This document shows positions 59,001-64,000 of a stretch of 64,000 bases of DNA, one piece after another. The stretch covers positions 16,111-80,110 of the forward strand of contig CALGXR010000024.1 in assembly GCA_937935345.1 (NCBI GenBank), read 5' to 3'. Position numbers and translations under genes: made by a program. Positions within the stretch are counted from its first letter, which is position 1, and every line of letters starts with the position of its first letter. The DNA is from an uncultured Lachnobacterium sp. (GTDB taxonomy: Bacteria > Bacillota > Clostridia > Lachnospirales > Lachnospiraceae). Under the pieces are notes generated by a model that saw nothing but the letters and a program-made list of their open reading frames with translations, was not told the DNA's origin and searched no databases.

Positions 59001-59562
59001 ATTCGATACTGAGATGTACTCTAACACAGGTGGACAGGCTTCTAAGGCTTCTAACATCGGTGAGGTATGTCAGTTCGCAGCAGCTGGTAAAGAGACAAGC
59101 AAGAAGTCACTTTCAGAGATCGCTATGAGCTACGGATATGTATACGTTGCACAGATCGCTCTTGGAGCAAACCCAGCACAGGCTGTTAAGGCCATCACAG
59201 AGGCTGAGGCTTATCCGGGACCATCACTCATCATCGGATACGCACCTTGCGAGCTTCACGGTATCGCTAAGGGTGGTATGAACCACTGCCAGGATGAGAT
59301 GAAGAAGGCTGTTAAGGCTGGATACTGGAACCTCTTCTCATTCAACCCTGCACTCAAGGCTGAAGGAAAGAATCCATTCACTCTTACATCAAAGGCCGGC
59401 GACGGATCTTACCAGGAGTTCCTTAACAACGAGGCACGTTATACTCGTCTTATCAAGCCATTCCCAGAGAGAGCAGAGAAGCTCTTTGCTAAGTCTGAGG
59501 AGACAGCTAAGGCACGTTATACACACCTTGAGAAACTCGTTAAATTATACGGAGAGGACTAA
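56005..59562 (+). CDS. nifJ: Pyruvate:ferredoxin (flavodoxin) oxidoreductase, single-polypeptide form
   Basis: About 1185 aa. N-terminal pyruvate-flavodoxin oxidoreductase domains, two 4Fe-4S ferredoxin motifs (CIQCNNCAFVC, CMGCGECITVCP), and a C-terminal TPP-binding domain (GGDGWAYDIG). AGGAGG RBS before the ATG at 56005. Confidence 0.9.
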   Translation: MSRAKQSMDGNTAAAHVAYAYTEVAGIYPITPSSPMADTVDQWSAAGQKNIFGSTVKVVEMESEAGAAGTVHGSLAAGALTTTFTASQGLLLMIPNMYKIAGENLPCVFDVSARTVSSHALNIFGDHSDVYACRQTGFAMLCETNPQEVMDLSPVAHCAALEGKVPFINFFDGFRTSHEIQKIEKWDYEDLKEMCPMDAVAEFRAHALNPEHPAARGSHENGDIFFQHREACNKFYDELPAVVEKYMDKVNAKLGTDYKLFNYYGAPDADRVIIAMGSINDVAEEVIDYLTAKGEKVGLIKVRLYRPWSSEALLNAIPKTAKKIAVLDRTKEPGSLGEPLYLDVATTLREAGMNDVVLVGGRYGLGSKDTPPSSVFAVYTELEKDAPKHRFTLGIVDDVTNLSLPEVKPAPITSAPGTKECKFWGLGGDGTVGANKNSTKIIGDHTDKYIQAYFQYDSKKTGGVTISHLRFGDNPIRSPYYINQADFVACHNPAYVIQGMKMVQDVKPGGVFMINCQWSDEELAHHLNADAKKYIADNNIQLYTINAIDKAIEIGMGKRTNTILQSAFFKLADVMPIDKAIEFMKAAAKKSYSKKGDAVVEMNYKAIDAGVDAVHKVEVPESWKNPEADAPKAERTGRPEVVKLVNELLDPIAKMDGDSLPVSAFADKADGQYVTGASAYEKRGTAVTVPQWDPEKCIQCNNCAFVCSHATIRPFLLTDDEVKAAPDNMKVADMKPKAGAYKYTMSVSPLDCMGCGECITVCPTAAISMQPQESQAAEQPVFDYLVANVSKKTDAGMVDTTPKGSQFNQPLLEFSGSCAGCAETSYARLITQLFGEQMYISNATGCSSIWGNPAATSPYTVNINSKKGPAWSNSLFEDNAEHGLGMEVGQRYLRDQAIELVKEIAASDKATAEFKAAADKFLETKDDTKANVEPTTALIAELEKAAAAGCEKSKEVLAKKDYLGKKSVWIFGGDGWAYDIGFGGLDHVLASGENVNVMVFDTEMYSNTGGQASKASNIGEVCQFAAAGKETSKKSLSEIAMSYGYVYVAQIALGANPAQAVKAITEAEAYPGPSLIIGYAPCELHGIAKGGMNHCQDEMKKAVKAGYWNLFSFNPALKAEGKNPFTLTSKAGDGSYQEFLNNEARYTRLIKPFPERAEKLFAKSEETAKARYTHLEKLVKLYGED

Positions 59563-59732
59563 TTCATTAGTCACGGTATATACTTTATCCCACAGGGCAT
59601 TTGCTCTGTGGGATTTTTGATTAGTTTCATGTGATTACCCTATATTTTGTGGTTTTTTATTTACAAATACAATATGTAATGGTACAATATGTATGTTAAT
59701 GGTATTTAATGGAACCATCGGAGGAATACGAA

Positions 59733-60694
59733 TGTCAGGCATATTTGATAGACGTGCAAAAAGATTTGTATCAACAGAACAAGGGGAGCGGGCAGTACTT
59801 TCAAGGACAGTAATGGCATCCCGTGTAGTTAGAGATGATGTGAATCGCAGTGGAAGAATGCAGGAAAAAGAGGATAATATACAAATGGATAAAGATGATT
59901 TTTTGTTAACCCAAATTGATGAGTTTCGTGAAAAGGCAAAACGTCTTCAGGAGATGCTCAATACAAAAGAATCTAAAGCAGAGGAGCTTTCAACCATAGT
60001 TGAGGAGAGAGAAGCTAAAGCAGAGGAGCTGCAGCAGATACTCGACGAGAGACAGGAGAAAGCCGACGGTATCACAGCACAGGTTGCAAAGCAGATTGAC
60101 GTGCTTATAGAGAGTGTTCATGAAAAGATGGCTGAGATAGAGCAATCTATGAATGCAGGCATGGACAGCTTAGGCCGTCAGGTAAGCTCTGATATGGATA
60201 ATCTGGGGCGCTCGGTAAATGCCAATATGGACAATCTTGGAAGCTCTATGTCCGGTCAGATTGGTAATCTCGGACAGTCGCTTGGCAGTGAGATATCCGG
60301 TATCAGCCAGAATATAGGTCAGAGCCTTGATTTTGGTGACACCTTGGAGCAGACAAGACGTATCACTGAGGAGGGCACGGCCGCAGTTACATCAGCGGTC
60401 AATGAGGCGAATGCCCATATGCTGCAATCGCTCACTGAGCTTAATGATCAGCTTGTTTCGATTAAGGCAGAGCTGTCTGATAAGGTACATACAGAGAATG
60501 TTAAGTGCTTTAGAAATATTCAGGATCTTTTTAAGGTAATGGGAGACAAGGTAGATACTGTTTCTGAGCTTGAGAAGCAGGTTGGCACAACAAAGACCTT
60601 TGCGGTTATTTCTACGGTACTTGCAATAATCAATACATTTGGTTTTATTGCAATCGCATTGTATATATTCGGTTTCTTTGGTTCGATTTTTTAA
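59733..60694 (+). CDS. Hypothetical tail-anchored coiled-coil protein with tandem 11-residue repeats
   Basis: Heptad-rich EEL/EER segment. Five consecutive 11-mers (MDSLGRQVSSD / MDNLGRSVNAN / MDNLGSSMSGQ / IGNLGQSLGSE / ISGISQNIGQS). A single C-terminal TM helix (…FAVISTVLAIINTFGFIAIALYIFGFFGSIF). GGAGGAA RBS before the ATG at 59733. Confidence 0.45.
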
Positions 60695-60715
60695 TAAATA
60701 GTATTGTAATAGGGT

Positions 60716-60751
60716 GGTGCAATTCTTAGTCTAAGAGTTGCACCATATTTT
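60716..60751 (+). terminator. Hairpin terminator after the repeat-protein gene
   Basis: GGTGCAATTCTTAG/TCTAAGAGTTGCACC near-perfect 14-bp palindrome followed by ATATTTT. Confidence 0.35.
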
Positions 60752-60785
60752 GACATTTTATAAGGCAGGCAGAGAGGAAAATTAC

Positions 60786-62435
60786 ATGGCAAAAAAGATT
60801 GTAAGAGTTGTTGGACATAAAAATCCCGACACAGATTCTATTTGTGCGGCAATAGCGTATGCCAATCTTAAATCACAGATAGATGATACAGTGGAATACA
60901 TACCAATGAGAGCAGGCAGTATTAGTGCGGAGACAGCTTTTGTGCTGGATTATTTCAAGGCTGATACACCTGCGCTTTTGAAGGATGTTGGAACACAGAT
61001 AAAGGATATACATATCAGAAGGACTGAGGGTGTCAGCAGTAATCTATCCATGAAAAAAGCATGGGAGATGATGAAGATACTCAACGTAGTCACTCTTCCG
61101 GTTGTAAATAAGAGGGACAAGCTTGAGGGTCTGATTGTGACAAGTGATATTGCAAAGTCGTATATGGATGTGTATGACAATTCTATTCTGGCAAAGGCAA
61201 GAACCCAGTACAGGAATATTATAGAGACACTGGATGGCAAGATAGTCGCAGGCAATGAGCATGGCTATTTTGTGAAAGGAAAGGTTATAGTCGGAGCCGG
61301 TACACCTGAAACCTTAAAGGGCAATGTATGCGAGGATGATATGGTTATCATATCAGACCGTGAGGAGTCACAGCTTATATGTATTGAGGCGAACTGCAGC
61401 TGTATTATCGTGACAAGCGGCTTCGATATATCAAAGGATGTGATAAATGCCGCAAACGCTAAGGATGTGGTTGTGATCAGCACACCATACGACACATTTA
61501 CGGCATCACGTCTTATAAATCAGAGTATGCCTATAAAGTCATTTATGACAAGAGAAAATCTTATTCATTTTGATTTGGATGATTATGTGGATGATGTGCG
61601 TGATACAGTTTCAAAAATCCGACACAGGGATTTCCCGATACTCGACGAAAACCAAAATTATGTCGGCATGTTTTCACGCAGAAATTTGATGAATGCAAGG
61701 AAAAAGCAGGTGATACTTGTGGATCATAACGAGACCTCACAGGCAGTTGCCAATATTGATGAAGCTGAGATTCTTGAGATAATTGATCACCACAGAATTG
61801 GTTCTCTTGAGACAATTGGACCTGTATATTTCAGAAACCAGCCGCTTGGATGTACCGGTACCATAATCTATCAGATGTATATGGAAAAGGGAGTGGAGGT
61901 TACTCCTCAGATGGCGGGACTTATGTGTGCTGCAATACTCTCTGACACACTGGTATTCCGTTCGCCTACATGCACTCAGATTGACAAATCTACAGCGCTT
62001 ATACTTGCGGAGATTGCTCAGATAGATGTGGATGAGTTTGCCCAGAAAATGTTTGAGGCCGGAAGTAACTTTGCAAACAAGACAGAAGAGGAAATATTAA
62101 ATCAGGATTTTAAAATATTCCATTCAGGAGACTACACCTTCGGAGTATCACAGATTTCTGCACTCTCCAGAACAGAGCTGGATAAGGTACAGGCGAGAGT
62201 GGTACCTCTGCTTGACAAGATGCAGGTGGAAAAACAGCTTGATATGCTCTTTGTTATGCTCACTGATATACTTAATGAGTCTACATATCTCATCTACAGT
62301 GGCGCAGAGGCAGCGTCAATAGCAGCTTCGGCATACAATCAGCCACAGAGTAAGGATGGAATTATGCTTAAGGGTGTGGTATCCCGCAAGAAGCAGCTCA
62401 TACCTGAGCTTATAAATGTGATTAACGAGAGATAA
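60786..62435 (+). CDS. ppaC: CBS-domain-containing family II inorganic pyrophosphatase (DHH plus CBS pair plus DRTGG plus DHHA2)
   Basis: N-terminal DHH motif VVGHKNPDTDSICAAIAYA. An inserted CBS/DRTGG region. C-terminal DHHA2 (…LVDHNE…DHHR…) and substrate-binding GGH-like region. About 550 aa. Confidence 0.75.
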   Translation: MAKKIVRVVGHKNPDTDSICAAIAYANLKSQIDDTVEYIPMRAGSISAETAFVLDYFKADTPALLKDVGTQIKDIHIRRTEGVSSNLSMKKAWEMMKILNVVTLPVVNKRDKLEGLIVTSDIAKSYMDVYDNSILAKARTQYRNIIETLDGKIVAGNEHGYFVKGKVIVGAGTPETLKGNVCEDDMVIISDREESQLICIEANCSCIIVTSGFDISKDVINAANAKDVVVISTPYDTFTASRLINQSMPIKSFMTRENLIHFDLDDYVDDVRDTVSKIRHRDFPILDENQNYVGMFSRRNLMNARKKQVILVDHNETSQAVANIDEAEILEIIDHHRIGSLETIGPVYFRNQPLGCTGTIIYQMYMEKGVEVTPQMAGLMCAAILSDTLVFRSPTCTQIDKSTALILAEIAQIDVDEFAQKMFEAGSNFANKTEEEILNQDFKIFHSGDYTFGVSQISALSRTELDKVQARVVPLLDKMQVEKQLDMLFVMLTDILNESTYLIYSGAEAASIAASAYNQPQSKDGIMLKGVVSRKKQLIPELINVINER

Positions 62436-62462
62436 TACCCCAGGTTTTATACCGTGAAGCTT

Positions 62463-63299
62463 TTATTTATGTGTAGGTGTAGAGTTGAATTGCTTGCGGT
62501 ATGCACGGATAAACGAGGAATAGCTTCCGAAGCCGCAGGCATCGCAGGCGTCAGCCACACTGCTTCCGTCGCGAATCATATCACGGGCAAGAAACAGTCG
62601 CTTTGTTGTGATATATGAGCCTATGGTGCAGCCGGTTTCTTCCTTGAAGGTGTGCATCAGGTGATACCTGCTCACAAAGAATTTATCTGCCAGATCATCA
62701 ATACTTATATGATTTGTTAAATTCTTATTTAAGAAATCCAAAATCTCTACAATTTTTTTGTTTGACGAAAATGTGTTAATATACTCGATGCCACCATGCA
62801 GGGTTATACGATTGAGCTGTATCAGAAACTCTAAAAACAGGAGCTTCTGGTACAGCTCATTTGCATATTCATTGGTTTCTTTGAGTGTAGAGTCGAGTCC
62901 CTTGATTGTATCAGCCAGGCGGCTGCCCTTAGTCGCAGCGAGTCTTAGCACATGTGACTGGTTGGCATAGGCCTGCTTGAAACAGCATGCCAGGTCATAG
63001 CCCTTGCTCACATAATCGTCAATAAGCTGCTGGGAAACATATATAATGATTCTTTCATAAATTGAATCATCATTTAATATTGGCTTATGTACCTCGCCGG
63101 CATTGACAAGCACGATATCATTTTCTTTAAGGTCATAGCTGCGTCCCTCAATGCAGTAGGATACATTGCCGCGCAGATGAATCAGTATTTTGTGGAAATC
63201 ATGATAGTGGAAATCTATATTCAGCTTGTGCTCGTCTTTTAGATGAAATATTTTAAAGGGTTCCGTCAGGTAGCCTGTTTTTGCATAATTTGAATCCAT
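62463..63299 (-). CDS. AraC/XylS-family transcriptional regulator (N-terminal cupin sensor plus C-terminal dual HTH)
   Basis: C-terminal …HISIDDLADKFFVSRYHLMHTFKEETGCTIGSYITTKRLFLARDMI… AraC HTH signature. The N-terminal cupin-like region has conserved His. Confidence 0.8.
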   Translation of the reverse strand: MDSNYAKTGYLTEPFKIFHLKDEHKLNIDFHYHDFHKILIHLRGNVSYCIEGRSYDLKENDIVLVNAGEVHKPILNDDSIYERIIIYVSQQLIDDYVSKGYDLACCFKQAYANQSHVLRLAATKGSRLADTIKGLDSTLKETNEYANELYQKLLFLEFLIQLNRITLHGGIEYINTFSSNKKIVEILDFLNKNLTNHISIDDLADKFFVSRYHLMHTFKEETGCTIGSYITTKRLFLARDMIRDGSSVADACDACGFGSYSSFIRAYRKQFNSTPTHK

Positions 63300-63530
63300 G
63301 CTATGCTCCTTTGATAATTAGATGTTACTATTCACAAATATGAATGATAAACAGAGATTAATCTGTATTCCATTAATTTGTATTAAGCATAATCTAAGCA
63401 TAATCTATAACAACACAAAACGCAACATAAAACGCACAAAAAGCTATAGAAAAACCAGAAAGTGCGATGTATAATATAATAAACGTAACAATTCAGAACA
63501 ATATAAAAAACCAATAACGAGGTGACCACT

Positions 63531-64000
63531 ATGAAATTTACAAAAATGCATGGCTGTGGAAATGATTATGTATATGTAAACCTGTTTGAAGAGAAATTAG
63601 ATGACCCGGCAAGGGTGTCAATATATGTCAGTGACAGACACTTTGGAATAGGCTCAGACGGACTCATCACAATAGGACCGTCCGACAAGGCTGATTTTAG
63701 AATGAGAATATATAATGCAGATGGCTCGGAAGCCGAGATGTGCGGAAACGGCATACGCTGCGTGGCAAAATATGTGTATGACCATAAGCTTACTGACAAG
63801 ACCGAGATATCGGTTGAGACAGGAGCCGGCATCAAGTATCTCACACTATATGTGGAGGAAGGAAAGGTATCACAGGTGCGTGTGGATATGGGGGAGCCTA
63901 TTCTGACACCGGGGGATATTCCGGTGGTGAAGGCAGACGGAAGTGCTTATGATGATGACTACAGGGTGATAGATGAGCCGATTTCTGTGGGCGAAAGAAA
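63531..64000 (+). CDS. dapF: Diaminopimelate epimerase, N-terminal part (gene continues beyond the window)
   Basis: [17 protein letters not shown]… and …GNGIRC… (catalytic Cys) motifs. GAGGTGA RBS. A TGTATAAT extended -10 lies at 63468-63475. The reading frame is open to the window end. Confidence 0.8.
   Translation, partial: MKFTKMHGCGNDYVYVNLFEEKLDDPARVSIYVSDRHFGIGSDGLITIGPSDKADFRMRIYNADGSEAEMCGNGIRCVAKYVYDHKLTDKTEISVETGAGIKYLTLYVEEGKVSQVRVDMGEPILTPGDIPVVKADGSAYDDDYRVIDEPISVGER

Noticed and set aside
1-64000. CRISPR arrays, IS elements, rRNA operons
   Set aside because: No regularly spaced 25-40-bp repeats, no transposase or integrase-like ORFs and no rRNA-like sequence were seen. The only repeated DNA is the short A-tract and lysine-codon repeats described in the findings.

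Overview
This 64 kb window is a chromosomal segment from a low-to-moderate-GC Firmicute, probably a Clostridia/Lachnospiraceae-type organism. Lineage markers include sigH, mecA, nrdR, ylmC, mini-RNase III, class 3 FBPase, pyruvate:ferredoxin oxidoreductase (PFOR), CheC/CheY/CheV, and a short clostridial-type MetH. Coding density is high and most genes are on the + strand. I found no transposases, integrases, CRISPR arrays or rRNA genes. There are four tRNA genes: Lys-CTT and Thr-GGT on the minus strand, and a Val-TAC/Met-CAT pair on the plus strand behind a perfect consensus promoter.

Recognisable gene content:
- Transporters: AGCS alanine symporter, NSS/SNF family transporter, and a PTS EIICBA (ptsG-like) carrying a RAT/terminator leader and followed by a GlcT-like antiterminator.
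- Housekeeping: ychF, nrdR, rpiB, efp, metH, metY, pta, ispF, the cysS-mrnC-rlmB-sigH-mecA block, fbp, hisH/hisF, ung, PFOR, a CBS-domain family II pyrophosphatase, and a partial dapF at the 3' edge.
- Signalling: one OmpR/HK two-component system with membrane and lipoprotein accessory genes; cheC-cheY and cheV.

The modules I think are least ordinary:
- An acidic protein that keeps sigma-70 regions 1.2-2.2 but lacks the DNA-binding regions, sitting just upstream of a DUF11 repeat protein and the MoxR-DUF58-transglutaminase triad.
- A cytoplasmic protein with a ParB/Srx-like N-terminal fold and a BMP/PnrA-like nucleoside-binding C-terminus, translationally coupled to a metallophosphoesterase.
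- A 5'(3')-deoxyribonucleotidase fused to a guanylate-kinase-like P-loop domain, directly downstream of the tRNA pair.
- A perfect 15-bp inverted repeat that sequesters the translation-initiation region of a MOP-family flippase gene.
- Several candidate cis-regulatory leaders, orphan terminators and repeat arrays.

Everything here is read from the sequence and the six-frame ORF track. No database search was possible, so family names rest on motifs I recognise and should be confirmed by HMM or BLAST.
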